From assembly GCA_030265395.1 (NCBI GenBank), contig JARFYF010000052.1, positions 98,197,655 to 98,261,654 on the forward strand: 64,000 nt of DNA, read 5' to 3'. This document shows positions 13,781 through 27,349 of the stretch, one piece after another. Every line of letters begins with the position of its first letter. The stretch's first letter is position 1. The stretch is from Rhina ancylostomus. Taxonomy: Eukaryota. The position numbers and the translations under genes are program-made. A model generated the notes under the pieces. That model saw only the letters and a program-made list of their open reading frames with translations, searched no databases and was not told the DNA's origin.

Positions 13781-16762
13781 GTTCAAGCAGGGATACCGTC
13801 GTTCCCTAGTTCATGATTCTCCCAGTAACATGAAGTTACTGCCAGCTCACGGTTCTGCCAGTCGACTGATTATGGGCAATCGCAATATTATGGCATCAAC
13901 GCCAATCTATTATTAAACCAACCAACAGCTTTGGGTACCAAGATTTCATGTTCCATAGGAATACTTACCCTTAAATAGACCACGTTGCCTTTTGATTTTC
14001 CATCGGATTAGATCATGGCTCTACTAAAAATCAAAGGTCCTAAGTACACTCTGTGAAAAGAGGACTACGTGGAAGAATTAGGAAAGTCTTCAGTAAAGTT
14101 TCCACAACAGGGAGCGGGGGCATGTGGTGGGAGGCAGTGAGTCCTATTGCTGTCACCCTTGTAGACATAGATCTGAATGCACTACCTGAATGAGCGGTGT
14201 GAAAAGATTCAATCCTGTCGTTCAGAAAGAGTTGGATAAGTACCAAAACGGGGGAAAAAAGTATTCTAGTTCTACGGAACTAACCAGATTATTATTTTAA
14301 AATATGATAGCGACTTAATTCGGCTAATGCCTTTCTACGGCGCTGAAACAATTCTGTGATTCTTACCTGGTTGGAGCCAGAAAAAGCCCAGGTGTGTGAA
14401 AAAGAATGCTTCATTTAGTAATAGACGTGCCCTGACTGGACGGGAAATGAAATGACACCCTTTGGTGGACGGCGAAAGATATGTAAGGTGACAGATGGAG
14501 CTGGAATACATGCAGGATCGTCAGTACACTCCACATGATCATTTAAGGGAACTGATGCGGGGAAATTGACAGAAAGACTTCTTCTCAGAAGAGAACATAT
14601 CCACGATGACATTTCGGTGCAAGCAACGCGATTAAACGGTCTTGCAGGATTTGTTTTTGCTTTTAAATGGTGGGTGTGTTATTTGGATGCAAGCATTTAA
14701 ACATTATGTCCTGTCTACATGCCTCTCACTTTGTGAGACAAAGGGCTTTCATGTGTTACAACGAACTGTNNNNNNNNNNNNNNNNNNNNNNNNNNNNNNN
14801 NNNNCACAAAAATGGGGAAATTCTTTGCGTGATTGCGTGTGGTGGGGCGGGAAGGACATCTCCTGGCAAAACAACTGGATCTGTACTTGAGTCTAATTGG
14901 ATTGGAATGTCACAGTATTGGTATTGGCTCATGGACAAGTAAATGAACTTAATATTAAGTCATTTTAACTACACCGGAGAAGAATGCAAATAAAATGAAT
15001 GCACAATTATTAGAAGGTTTTTGATGTTACACGCGTCTACCGCTCTCACTCCAAAAAGCAAAATGCTGAAGTTCGCCACCCGTTTAAACAAATCATTAGA
15101 TTGAGCTTACACATTGAGTATTGTTGGGAAGACTAAAGTCAAATGAACAATTGATACCTTTCATCCGTAATTGGTAGGACTTGACATACCAGCGGGATGC
15201 TACCATCATATTTTTTTTAAAATGAGGATATTTGGATGTAACCCTGAAGAGATAAGGAGCAATTCTATTTCGTCCATGGGCTGTTACTAAATTTGTCACT
15301 AGATAGAATTTGATCCGATCGCCATTTAAGGGAATAATATATCATTATAATTTTCAATTAAAGCAGAATTAAACTTCATACTTGTTGTTTTATTATTTGT
15401 TGCACAGCGGAGAAAGAAAAACGTGACAGTTCCTAATTGCAATTAAAACGAAGTAACTGCAGCTGTAGAGTAAAAGAAAATTGTTTGAATATTCGAGTAA
15501 AGGAAATACTTTTTTTCGAAATATTCTTCTTCGAATTTACTTTTGTTTTGAAAGAACAAGCCTAGCAATGGAAACCAATGCAATATGAGGATTTGAATTA
15601 AGAATATGAGGACCAAAAGCACAGACTGACCTGTAATTTGGATTGCTTATCACCAAGAATATGATGTAAAAGGGGGCAGTATGGGCAAATTATAGAATTA
15701 CACACTCAGCTTAGTGGAAGCACTCTGGGACTTTCTGGAAAGACCCGGTGGCCGTTGCTGAGTCAGCAGATAAAAGGCAAGGGTTCAAATTATATCTACA
15801 ATTTTCCGAAGAATGACGAGGAGGGCGTTTCTAAATCATGGCGCACCACAACTAATGGATAGTTCATGGCATCAGACAGAGANNNNNNNNNNNNNNNNNN
15901 NNNNNNNNNNNNNNNNNNNNNNNNNNNNNNNNNNNNNNNNNNNNNNNNNNNNNNNNNNNNNNNNNNNNNNNNNNNNNNNNNNGTGGGCCGTAGGACCTAT
16001 TTCCGTGCGGTATCTCTCTATGACTCTAATTGATCTCTACAATATGCACCCAAATGGACTTTATTGCTAAATTAGGTTATTAGTTCAATTGCAAGTTAAG
16101 TAGCATTGCTGATCTTACAATTGGACAGTATGTCATATATTTCCTTTTGGTTAATCAAGTGTGGTGACTGCCATTTCGATTATTGCTCAAGTTAACGGCA
16201 GCAGAAATGTACAGAAGTGCCTTTACCTGGGAGGTCCAAACTTTGAATGGACGGAGAACAAGACTCACTTCCACCAGATTATCAGCTGCTGTAGAAGCAC
16301 CAGTTATCCAGCCTAAAATCACACAAAACGCATCACTGTTTTAACAATGCATAAAGATATTCTTAAACATCCTTTCAAAGATTGGCCAACTGTTTATTTC
16401 AGACAGAATCTTTCCCGACATCCCTGCCAAAAGGCTACCTATTCGACTGAAACATGAAAATGCCAGGCATTGCACACAAAAGGGAGAAAAAAAACATGGT
16501 TAAGTTAGCTTTATTTTGGCGTGCCAACGGCAGAGATGATGTGTTCGATTGATGCCAAAGTTACAAAATAGTGCCAAAATCTATCAGTAAAAAACATATC
16601 CTGCTAGATGCCACTGTTTTGGAAAGAAGCAGCTTGCGAGGTTGATATTCCAATAATTTAGTTAATTAAATAATTTAGTTGCCATGTCATATGACTGTTG
16701 ACTCCGCTGTAAGGATAGGGTAGAGAGGATCAAATAAAACGATAATGTTGAAAAACAGACAC

Positions 16763-17007
16763 GGCTTTAATTTTTTATCTTTATTTATTGTACATTTGAA
16801 ATGTCAGCATCGCTATTTGCATAAGTTCTACGAAACTCTTGTATAAAACATTGTGTTTAAATGTCAAACTTAGGAATGTATTTATGTGAATTATTGGCCT
16901 AACTGAAGAACATCTGACAACCAGATCTCTGAGTTGAGATTGCATAAACCATAACTTGGAAAACGTGGGGAATGTACGTACTGAAATCATCGCTGTGCTT
17001 TTCAATA
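16763..17007 (+). repeat. Inverted repeat, left arm (~245 bp)
   Basis: Reverse complement of 17847-18096, about 90% identical by manual alignment (e.g. CTGACAACCAGATCTCTGAG / CTCAGAGATCTGGTTGTCAG). Confidence 0.95.
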
Positions 17008-17846
17008 CTTTTATTTTCATCTTTTTGCTTCTATGCTACTGTAATGTTGTAATGATGACAAAACGTGACTTTATTCACCGGGACATTTCAGAGACATTAC
17101 CGAATTGCAGGATGACTGTCTCCAGGTACCACCAGTGTATTGATCACAAAGATTCCGTTTTCAACTGATGGGTTGCATTTAGGTTTAGTATTACATAGAC
17201 CATATGCTTGAGCAATCGGATTTTTTCTTTCATTTCACAATATGGAAACATACTGTTTAGGTTATGCCAAGTAAATGTGTTTTGAGTAAACAAGATCTGA
17301 AAACCCACACATATTGTAATTAAATGTTATTTCCGAAATAATATAAATATTGTGTACTCTTGATGCTGAAGTATCATATTTCGAATGTTACTCGCATCTA
17401 TATTTACTAATTACACCCGGGAAGAGGTGACGGAGACATCGCATTTCAAACTTTCAACAGATCAGGAATGATTTATTCTGTTCGCAGTTTATATTTTCAG
17501 TCGTATATCTGAACCCTATCTCTCTCATTTTTTTTCTGATCGCATGCACACTGTATCTTAAAACGAATACAATACGATATAAAAATCGTACATATCGTGA
17601 AACCAATAACATTCACAGGTTTTGTACTTCTTAACAGCGATCTTAATCACAGTAATATTACAATAAAGGGAAAATCTGCTCATACTTCAGATATTTTTGC
17701 AATTTCTACGTGGTTATAAGCAATTTAATGTTGTCCTTAACAAGACAAGCAACCTGGGTTATTACGGGTAAAAATCACATGCAGTTTTAAACACATGGAG
17801 CTCGACTTTGAAAAATGGTTGGTCTTTACCAGTGATAATTCAGCAA

Positions 17847-18096
17847 TATCGAAAAGCACAGCGATGATTTTAGTACGTACATTCCTCACGTTTTCCAAGT
17901 TATGATTTATGCAATCTCATCTCAGAGATCTGGTTGTCAGGTGTTCTTCATACCGTTAAGCAATAATTCACATAAATACATTCCCAAGTTTTACATTTAA
18001 ATCCAATGATTTTATACAAGAGTTTCGTAGGACTTATGCAAATAGCGATGCTGTCAATTCAAATGTACAATAAGTAAACAGAAAACATATAAAGTC
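17847..18096 (-). repeat. Inverted repeat, right arm (~250 bp)
   Basis: Reverse complement of 16763-17007; the spacer is about 840 bp. Confidence 0.95.
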
Positions 18097-18992
18097 AAGT
18101 AACACAACTAATTAGTTAATTTGTTGCAATCATATTCCCGTGTTATTTTCCCTTAGGTATTGTTCAATTTCTTTTATTAATCAATGTATCAGCATTATAA
18201 CCCATTACAATTTGATACACGAGTCAGTAACTTACAAATATAAAAGATTTCGTGCTTGGTTCTTAGAATCAGCGTCATATATTGAATTGTAATGATCCTG
18301 GATGAATACAAAACAAAATCCACAAGGACGCCGAGTTAAGCTGACATTTGCAGTAACTGGCTGCCCTTTGAACCGAGCATGATCGGGCTTAAAACTACAA
18401 GGCAACAACAATGAGAGGGAGTTTAAAACCGATTACTAGATAAAATACACAGTAAGAGGCGACTTCACGGTAAANNNNNNNNNNNNNNNNNNNNNNNNNN
18501 NNNNNNNNNNNNNNNNNNNNNNNNNNNNNNNNNNNNNNNNNNNNTTTTAAATTGGATGGCGCTGCTGAACAGACAATGTGGATACGCTTCATTCAACATT
18601 TTTTAACGCAGCCGTGGCTCCAAAAGAAAGAAAGGACCTCAGTTTCGCCGGCGGGCGGAGTGCAAAATCACATTTAATTTTTCTGGAATAATGAAGATTT
18701 CGAATAGATAAAACAAACTAATGCTAAATCGAAAGTAAAGATTACTAACCGACTCTGTGAACGAATGATCATTTTGGCAAAACTGCCCAGCCTTGGCCCA
18801 GAGACAACATCACTGAATTCACTCACTATGTAAGTCAGTCAACACAACGTCTTACTTTTCATCTCAGCATTGAATGATAAAGTTTGCCACAGCCACAAGA
18901 TTAGACGCCGAAGCCGGCAAAACAAAACAACTCCGAAAGCATTCAGCTTTCCAGTTATAACTGCCATGTTACAGTTGACCATTTTCTTGCTT

Positions 18993-18994
<2 letters not shown>

Positions 18995-19032
<38 letters not shown>
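18995..19032. repeat. (TG)19 microsatellite
   Basis: Perfect dinucleotide run. Confidence 0.97.
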
Positions 19033-19035
<3 letters not shown>

Positions 19036-19260
19036 AGTGGGGAGGGTCATTGGTGTTGAGGGGTGGGGGGGGGGACGGTGGGGAGAAAGCATAGAGGAGG
19101 GNNNNNNNNNNNNNNNNNNNNNNNNNNNNNNNNNNNNNNNNNNNNNNNNNNNNNNNNNNNNNNNNNNNNNNNNNNNNNNNNNNNNNNNNNNNNNNNNNNN
19201 NNNNNNNNNNNNNNNNNNNNNNNNNNNNNNNNNNNNNNNNNNNNNNNNNNNNNNNNNNNN

Positions 19261-19700
19261 GACCTAAATAAAGCCCCTGACTGACAAGCCTCTGTGGCCT
19301 CGGGCACACGGTACGAAACAGAGCAATGAAATCATTGCAAGCAATTCCCTTATTTTCTTGAGTAATCCCATTTGCCATTGTGCCCGTCCAATCCGTGGTA
19401 TATTCTTTGCATGTTAAGCATTTAACTCGCTTGACATTTTAATTTCATCATTACCATCCACAACCTCCCCCCTCCCCCCTTCCTCTTTCTCCTCACTGAC
19501 TGGCGCCGAATGAACGATGTGTTCGTGCTCATGTTTTTCGGAGGGAGAGCAGTTTGGTTGGTGTTGCTTCTAGGCGCGGTTTGCTATGATCTCTTGGAGA
19601 ATCGGCCTCCAGCCAGAAGAAGCGTCCGTCCCTGTTATCTAACCGAAAACAAAGGGCGACTGCTTGGTCTTGAACACCTCCATTCACCTCCACGGATACC
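19261..19700 (+). promoter_or_regulatory. HMX1 proximal promoter / 5' UTR region
   Basis: Immediately upstream of the ATG, CpG-rich, with CCAAT (~19388), a TAATCC site and a pyrimidine tract; the TSS cannot be determined from sequence. Confidence 0.5.
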
Positions 19701-19995
19701 ATGCCGGAGAAAGTGACGGAAGCTCAGAGCACGCCGCCCGCCAAGGTGTCTTCGTTTTTTATAGAGAATCTACTGAGAAGTAATGCAAAAGGAAAACAGA
19801 CGGACAGAACGGTGGAGAACGCGGAAGAAGTCGTCCCCAGACCAAACTGTTTCCACAACGGAACGGCTGGCAACCATTGCAACCAAGGCTGCTGTCAGAT
19901 ATCCGGCCAGGACTTCTGTGCGCAGACCTATCCACTCAGGGGAAGCACGTTACAGTGGTACTCTCAAGCACAGCCGAGATGTCCCAGTCCAGACA
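19701..19995 (+). CDS. HMX1: Homeobox protein HMX1 (NKX5-3), coding exon 1
   Basis: ACCATGC start; MPEKVTEAQSTPPAKVSSFFIENLL contains the HMX1-type eh1 motif; canonical donor ACA|GTAAGT at 19995/19996, phase 1. Confidence 0.92.
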
Positions 19996-21059
19996 GTAAG
20001 TTCATCCTTTTATTACGACGCTCATTAACAGCAGGAATGAAGCCCGTTGAGAACAGCCGCCCCTCCGCTAACACGGTAGCCCATCAAAACCCTTGGCTGA
20101 ACCCCTGACAGAAATGAGAAGGCTCTGTTTTTGCTGTTCGCTTATCGCTTCCTTTAAATGCCAGGCTGAATACGCGAAAAAAAAAGTCAGTGGCCGGAGG
20201 CTGAGGGCCAGATTGCGTCGCGGAACCCTTGCATTTCTACTTTAGTGCAACAAACCTAACAACATATCTCATAGGGTGACAGGTCTGCGGACTCTGCCCT
20301 GTCAGATTCGTGTGTGTCGATTTGTTGATCACGGGTAATCAAATAAAACGCAGCAACCAAATTCAGACTAGTTACCTGCACTAATCCCCCCCCCTTAAAA
20401 CAAATGAGACAATCTGCAAGAATCCGACGTTAGCGTCTTGCGATTTAAAAATCAAAACCGTCCCTAGAAGTCGATAATTATATATAATGCAAAAGCACTC
20501 TGCCATTTATACGGATATTCAACGTCACGGTTTAAACATTGCGGGAAATCAGTGCGGATTTGTTGAGGGAACACAATCAGAGCTCAGTAAAACTACGTCG
20601 AAGAACGCTGCGTTCTTTCGGTATCGGTGTATTTTAATCCCCCCTTTACTTTAGATGCTCTGCACTCAAATCAGGGGATCAGGGCCTAAACCTATTACTG
20701 TTACCAAGCTGTAAATCACATTTCAGCTTATTTTAACCAATCATATAACAAAACAGACGCTCATTAATTGTATACACTATAGCTGGGCATAATGGTTGGA
20801 AGGAATAGGGGTTGAAATAAAAGTGTTTCAGTGCATTTATCTGAAGGCGTTTAAACCGCAAATTATACCAAAGTCTTGTTTTCGAAATGACTAATAGAAA
20901 CGCTGATGTAATCTTCACGATAACTCGCCCAAGTTCCTGTAAAAGAAGTTAATCCACACGAAATTGGGGAATAAGAATACTGTTGGTGCGTTCTCCTTTT
21001 TCACTACAGTGCAAAACGCAAGATCTTACATGTAACTGTCACCTCTATTTGTCCCACAG

Positions 21060-21670
21060 GTCCGAAACGCGGATGTCCAAGCACCGAGGAAGAACAGTGC
21101 TTTTCTCTCACAACCAGCGATCTGGACTCCCCGCCAGTACTGGACAAAGGAGACAGCCATCAGGAAACCTGTAACCAAGAAGGGGGCGAGCTGCGGGAGG
21201 AAAAGAGGTCAGAGGCGGAGAGCAACGAGGCTGCGAGAAACCAGGCGGACGCTGACCAGAAATCCAGCCGCAAAAAGAAAACGCGCACAGTCTTCAGCAG
21301 GAGTCAAGTTTTCCAGCTTGAATCTACATTTGATATGAAACGTTACCTAAGCAGTTCCGAGAGGGCGGGCCTGGCCGCTTCTCTTCACCTGACCGAGACT
21401 CAGGTCAAAATCTGGTTCCAAAATCGGAGAAACAAGTGGAAAAGGCAGCTGGCCGCAGATCTGGAAGCGGTCAACCTTTCTCATAGTGCACAGAGAATTG
21501 TGAGAGTTCCCATTTTATATCATGAAAACTCACCGCCAGGCGCCTTAAACTTCAGTCTACCGCAAGTGTCCCCTCCCCTGGTGAGCTTCTCCAGCTCAGT
21601 AAGTTATCCGCTTGCAGCATTCCCTTCTTCTTTGCCTTTCCTAAGATCACAGATGAGTGGGCTTGTTTAA
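21060..21670 (+). CDS. HMX1: Homeobox protein HMX1, coding exon 2 (homeodomain)
   Basis: Acceptor CTCTATTTGTCCCACAG|G matches phase 1 and gives a 301-aa protein. It contains the NK5 homeodomain [60 protein letters not shown], the [12 protein letters not shown] motif and the HMX1-diagnostic C-terminus [21 protein letters not shown]. Confidence 0.95.
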
Positions 21671-22212
21671 AAATGGCCATTCAATCGCAAGACCCTACAT
21701 TAAAGCTGAAAGTAACAGTCCGATGAAACAAAAAAGAAAATTAAGCAAAAGACTTGTCCAACTCCAGCTTTTTGTTTTGCCTCATTTTTTATTGGTACAG
21801 ATGTGCAATAAGTTACGTTGAGGTGTTATTACTGCAGAACCGAAGAGGAAAATTGTTTTTTACATCCTAAGTAATGACCATAATGTGGTCTCCGCATTCA
21901 CTGCTTCGATGGCGTAATATTCTACCATGGCCACGGAGAACAACACATACACCCGCACCCATACACTAAACTTTATATGCAACTTCGATAAAGTTCATTT
22001 GCTTACACAATATATTGCTGTGCTAAAACGTTAGATATTTTATACTCATAGGTCTTGTTAGAATGAGCATAAGAGGACAGCAGTGCAAGTTCAAAGTGCT
22101 CAATGGGATTTTAGTACCTTTAATCATTAGTTACTGGGAACTCTTGTTGATTTTTTTCTTTTAACTCTTTGTAGTTAACCATCCTTGCATTATCAGAGTA
22201 AACAATTATTGC

Positions 22213-22218
22213 AATAAA
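22213..22218 (+). other. Candidate HMX1 polyadenylation signal AATAAA
   Basis: AATAAA about 540 nt after the stop; alternatives are ATTAAA at ~21699 and AATAAA at 22841. Confidence 0.3.
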
Positions 22219-24250
22219 CCCTGGCTAACTCCTACAAAACCCAAGCAATCTTGTGTTTGAATCATAGTATAATTGCGAATAATTTTATATTGATAAATTT
22301 ATTATTTGGTTTGCTACAGAACAAACTATCAGGCGCACTAAATACTGACGCGCATTCTGGAACTATTCTTCTCGTTTTATTTTGCATTGTAATTTTAGAT
22401 TAACCCTTTACTTTTAGATATAACAGTCTTACGGAAATTTCCGCGTGAGTTATTATTCTCTCATCAAGACATAATAAATACTTCTTCTCATATAACGCGA
22501 TAAGCAAATAATCTTACTTTTTAGACACGACCTTAAAATAATTTCTGACAAACCAATGCCGAGTTTCGACTATGCAACATTCTTGATATTGAGTATTCTA
22601 CCACGGAACCTGCACTTTGTACTTGAGTCTGAAGGTATTAACACCTTATTTTGCCAAATCATTTAACTGGAACAGCATATTCTCAGTTAGATATATCTAT
22701 GCTGCTATACACTGAAGACTAATAGGCGGAACTGTCACAAAAATGTCTTAGTCAGGACATTCTGTTCCAGGTTTTATTGTGAAAATGTAAAACAAGAGGA
22801 GTTTTTATACGAATTATATAGTTACCATATAGGTATCTTCAATAAACATAATCGAAGCATGACATAAAACGCGATATCAGTTGCAATTGGTTTATAGTTT
22901 CCCTGATTAATAGTGGTCAATAATTGTTCTTCAATGAATCACAATGAACCGAATGAATTTCGATTTTTTGAAAACTCTTGTGAAAAGCTGTTACTTGTTC
23001 GTTCTCCTTCGTTTGCAATTTGTAGACGCAACTTTACCGGAGCTTATGCGTTGTCATAAGATTTCTGAAATAAGCACGTTAAACTAAAATTTGCATAATT
23101 TGCATCCTACCCAGGATGGCTGTCGGGGCTCCCCATGTGTTTCAGCCAGTATGGACTACCACTCATTAAAAACTTATTTAGTACACCGACAATTCACTGC
23201 ATCTGAGACATAAAACTGCCACGAGTCACGACATTAATTGCGATGCTTGCAACACTTTAAATTTGGAATCGAAATTATGTTTGATACAAAAATATCATGG
23301 CAATTAATTTATTCTTAGAATGTTTGAAACATATCAATGATGTAAATGAAGTAGAAATAAAAATAGTCTAAATTTAACATTTCTAGAAATTAAAACACTC
23401 CAGGAAACATGAAAAAATGGTGATTTTGTGCCACCGACACTTTTTAATTCGAACACCAGGCTGTCCCAACAAAGATCCTTTAAGTGACCTAGTCCCCAAG
23501 TGCATGTTTGACGTACGAAATATAATTAGAGGTTGGATATATGGGAAGAATAGTAATATTTGGTAAATCAGTCCAAAGCTTCACACCTTCAACTAAGCAA
23601 CACTAAACGAATTTTAGGTCACCAAACCTGTTATGGAATTATTAAATTGCAAAAAAAAGTAAACGACGTTTGCTCTGTTTGACCTTTATGCAGTTTGATA
23701 TTCGTGTGATTCTACAGACAACTAGATATTTTATCTGCATTTCTGACTATTCAGGGGTAGAAGGTGTTGATTTACCTAGGTCGAATATGGGCCGCCTACA
23801 CATCCCAGACTTGGTGCAAAAGGGCGATACTGAGTACACAGATGGAATGGTAGTTTGTTTTCCGAGCATTCGATTGAAGACTCGCAGTTTGACTATTTGC
23901 AGAAGAGTGAACTGAAAGGGTTACTGACTCCTATTGTAAAATGACATCAGTCCAGCAGGAACCCAGAACATAATAATTCAGAGGCACATAGGTTTAACAT
24001 GCAACCCATCATTTGTTAATGAGTTAGCATGTGTAAGACCAGGTACACAATCTTTAATTAGTGATGGTGTTAGTAATAAAGATATATAAATAAAAGGCAA
24101 CATATAATCTAAAACAAAAACATATTGGAAGGATACGACAGACTAGATATCCTCTTTGGGGTGGAGAATAAAGGAGTCTTCGCCATTGGTTGGCAAATAA
24201 GACGCACCATTCATTAATAAAGTGGGACCTCTCTCCTTCCCGTGCTCGGT

Positions 24251-24282
24251 GGGGGCGGGGGGGGGGGGGGGGGGGGGGGGGG
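24251..24282. repeat. Poly-G tract running into an assembly gap
   Basis: GGGGGC followed by an uninterrupted G run up to the Ns. Confidence 0.85.
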
Positions 24283-25329
24283 NNNNNNNNNNNNNNNNNN
24301 NNNNNNNNNNNNNNNNNNNNNNNNNNNNNNNNNNNNNNNNNNNNNNNNNNNNNNNNNNNNNNNNNNNNNNNNNNTCTGAAATTCCAGTTAGTAACCATAT
24401 AAAACCTAATAGCTCGGCTTAATGCTATGTGCAACAAATAACGATTTCACTATTAAATGCCATAATACACGTACAGATCAAAACAGTAAAACACATCTGG
24501 TGTAAAGACTAAATAGGGCGAACCTTGTAGTAGCAAATTAACCGAAAATATAAACGACAAACTTTTATTTTCAATGATTTAGAATTGTGTTCACATTTTC
24601 ACTTCAAGTTTTGAAATGCATACAAAGTGGCTGATCTGCGCTGCTGTTTGGAAGGTCATTCGTATAAACGACTAAAACTACTGATTTATAAGATGTGTTC
24701 AGACATTTTGGCAAGTTTTCAACGAGTAACCGAGAATGCAGTTTTTTTTCTCTGTGTAGCCAGCAATTTAACTGTTTAGTACAATACTGTATAACCAAAT
24801 TCATGCACAATTATATACACTTGACAAAAGTTAGCTTTGGGCGTCAATTTTAATGTATTCAGCTTCATGGTCCAAACTTTAGAAAGCCATTAGGAGATGC
24901 GACTTACGGAAATTCAGCTACAATGCAAGACTTCATGTTCTTGTACCTAAAAAATCAAACTTAACATTGACAACAAGCCAAACGAAGTTTATATTCGCCC
25001 AGTATACTAACACTGTCCCCATCTCTTGACCGCCCCGACCCCCAAACCCAGCTGGCGCGGAATGAATGAAAGGAGATTTGATCGTGAACAAAAAAAAAGC
25101 TAAGATTTGTGTTTAATTCCATTTGTGTACACACAACAAGCTGATTGAAAACTTGATTCAAATTCTGGTCGCTGTAGAATTGCGATGGTGACATTCCAAG
25201 TTACAAAATACTTTGCTGACAACTTTTGGTGCTCGGTCTCCGACGAGTTGTTTATACAGAACAATTATGGCCTCCGCTTGAAACATTTCACTGTTTCCTG
25301 TTCAGGGGTAATATTCTCACATTTGAGCC

Positions 25330-25690
25330 AGAAGGTGGTAGGCTAACTTCTCACTCCAGAGACTCGAGCACAAAGCAAGGCTGACACCTCCGTGCACGAC
25401 CGAGGAAGTGCTGCACTGTAACGTTAAACGAAGTCCCCGTCCTTCATGCAAACGCAAAAAAATCCCTTGACATTATTGGTGTCCAGGCATACATTCATTG
25501 CTCAGCCAGCACTACTAAAGCGGATGATTGGACATTATTTAATTCATGGTTATAAGAACTTGCCACATTCAGTTTGGTTGCTATATTTTTATAGTAAATC
25601 GATAATACTTCAAAAAGCGCTGTGTTAGTTGAGAGACATATTAAGGCGCCCCGAATTTATGAAAGTGTTATATCGACGGTAAAGATTTAT
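25330..25690 (+). mobile_element. DeuSINE (SacSINE1-like), degraded
   Basis: CACTCCAGAGACTCGAGCACAAAGCAAGGCTGACACCTCCGTGCA...GTGCTGCACTGT...TACTTCAAAAAG...TGAAAGTGTTATAT follows DeuSINE organisation. Confidence 0.6.
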
Positions 25691-25845
25691 TTCCCTGAAT
25701 ATGCTGAGTATTCTGAATATAATCTCTGAATATTCTGATATTTGTCAACTGAAATCTACTTTTACCTAAAAAAAATAATTTCTCGTCCACCCTTGTTTGG
25801 CTCTAAGGCAGTTTCATCGTACACCTGCACCGTACTTTCTGGGCG

Positions 25846-26181
25846 AGTCATAGAGTCACAGAGCACAGAAACAGACCCTTCAGTCCACGAGTACGCGCCG
25901 ACCTTCAAACGCCAGTTTACACCAATCCCATTTTATTCTCCCCGCATTCTCCCAGCCGCTTCCAACCCCCGTGTGCCCACCAGTAACCTGCGGTATATAC
26001 TTGGAGAAATGCACAGTGGCTAATTAACCTCCCAACCTGCACATCTTTGGGAGTGCGAGGAAACTCGAGCATCCCGATAAATCCACGCGGTCACACACAA
26101 CACCAGAGATCAGGACTGGCTTCGTATCGTTGGAGTTGCAGGCAGTTGATCAACACGACTGGTTGATCCACTGTCCCGCCC
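25846..26181 (-). mobile_element. HE1-like tRNA-derived V-SINE with CR1-type tail
   Basis: Tail GTCATAGAGTCACAGAGCACAGAAACAGACCCTTCAGTCC, V-domain CACATCTTTGGGAGTGCGAGGAAACTCGAGCATCCCG and a head ending CACTGTCCCGCCC. Confidence 0.7.
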
Positions 26182-27349
26182 TAAGATTCTTTTAACGTTA
26201 AACCTGCGCAATTTTTTCTGCCCTTTGAACTACTAAATGTAGGCAGGTGGTTTAATTATTCGGGAACATGTTTAATTTGGTTGAAGGAATCTATTTGATG
26301 AGAAGCTGGTGCATTTGATGAAGAAGCTGGTATGCTTATGGGAGAACCAGGTAAGTGCATGAGAGAGAAAGCGAGAAAGAAAGAGAGAGCAATGGTTTTA
26401 TTGATGCGGAGTATAAACACCGGTTTAGACCAGCTGGGATGAATGCCTGCTTTCGTGTAGTTAAGTGAATAGCTTTCTTTTGTTTTCATGTCAGAAATAT
26501 CACATTTTGAGAACAAAAAGTAGTTACACGTTTCTATCTTGCATCATCGGTATAGAAAATGCATCAAACAGAGGGAGCAAAGCACTTAAAAGGCTTTTCC
26601 AGACTGGCTTCATTGTGATACCTCCGAACATAATGTCTTCAGGGAATCAATCCAAAAACAAGAATGGAGTAATTTTGTCAGTGCCCATGCCAGTCTCTTT
26701 AGAATAACAATATTAAAGCAAAAGATCGACGATCTGTGGAAACTTCTGGGCTTACTGGCAAGATGCACAGAGATTGGTTTTCTTTTGCAATATTCGCTAC
26801 ATGGAACAGTTATGAAGCACTACACTTTGCATCTATAGTATCAGCTACTGTTATGAGCAAAGATGGATCTTCTGTCCACTTAAATTGATTTGTTAACGCC
26901 ATAAGCTAGAAGCCATGAGTCAGAATACGGAATGAAATACACATCGCCAGTATTGTAAACACTCGAACTTGGCAACATTTATTAAATACGCCAGCGGTGT
27001 TCATTGTATTACTTTGCGACGACGAAATGGAGAACAAATACAACACTGCAGGGAGATGGAAATCTATTTAGTAAAGCATAATATTCACGCCATGTGAAAT
27101 TTTTAACTGCTATTTTCCGAGTTACACAAATTCACACTGACAGTGACTACTAGATCTGACGATACATTGCAGCATCCATTAAATTAAGAACTGTGCACGG
27201 TCTCGCTGAACCTGCTTGGTAATGGCAAATAGTCAATGATCGGATGCTTGCTCTCTTGCTTGTCACAAATGTGTACCCAGGCCCAGCTGACATGCGGGAG
27301 TTAAAGTACTGTTTACTGTTCGCACAAATATGGGCGAATGTGCTTTAAA

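Noticed and set aside
19996-20108. ORF-track extension of HMX1 exon 1 to 135 aa
   Set aside because: Read-through into the intron past a canonical GTAAGT donor.
25695-25742. Degenerate CTGAATATT short tandem repeats
   Set aside because: Low-complexity sequence next to a SINE tail; no evidence of function.
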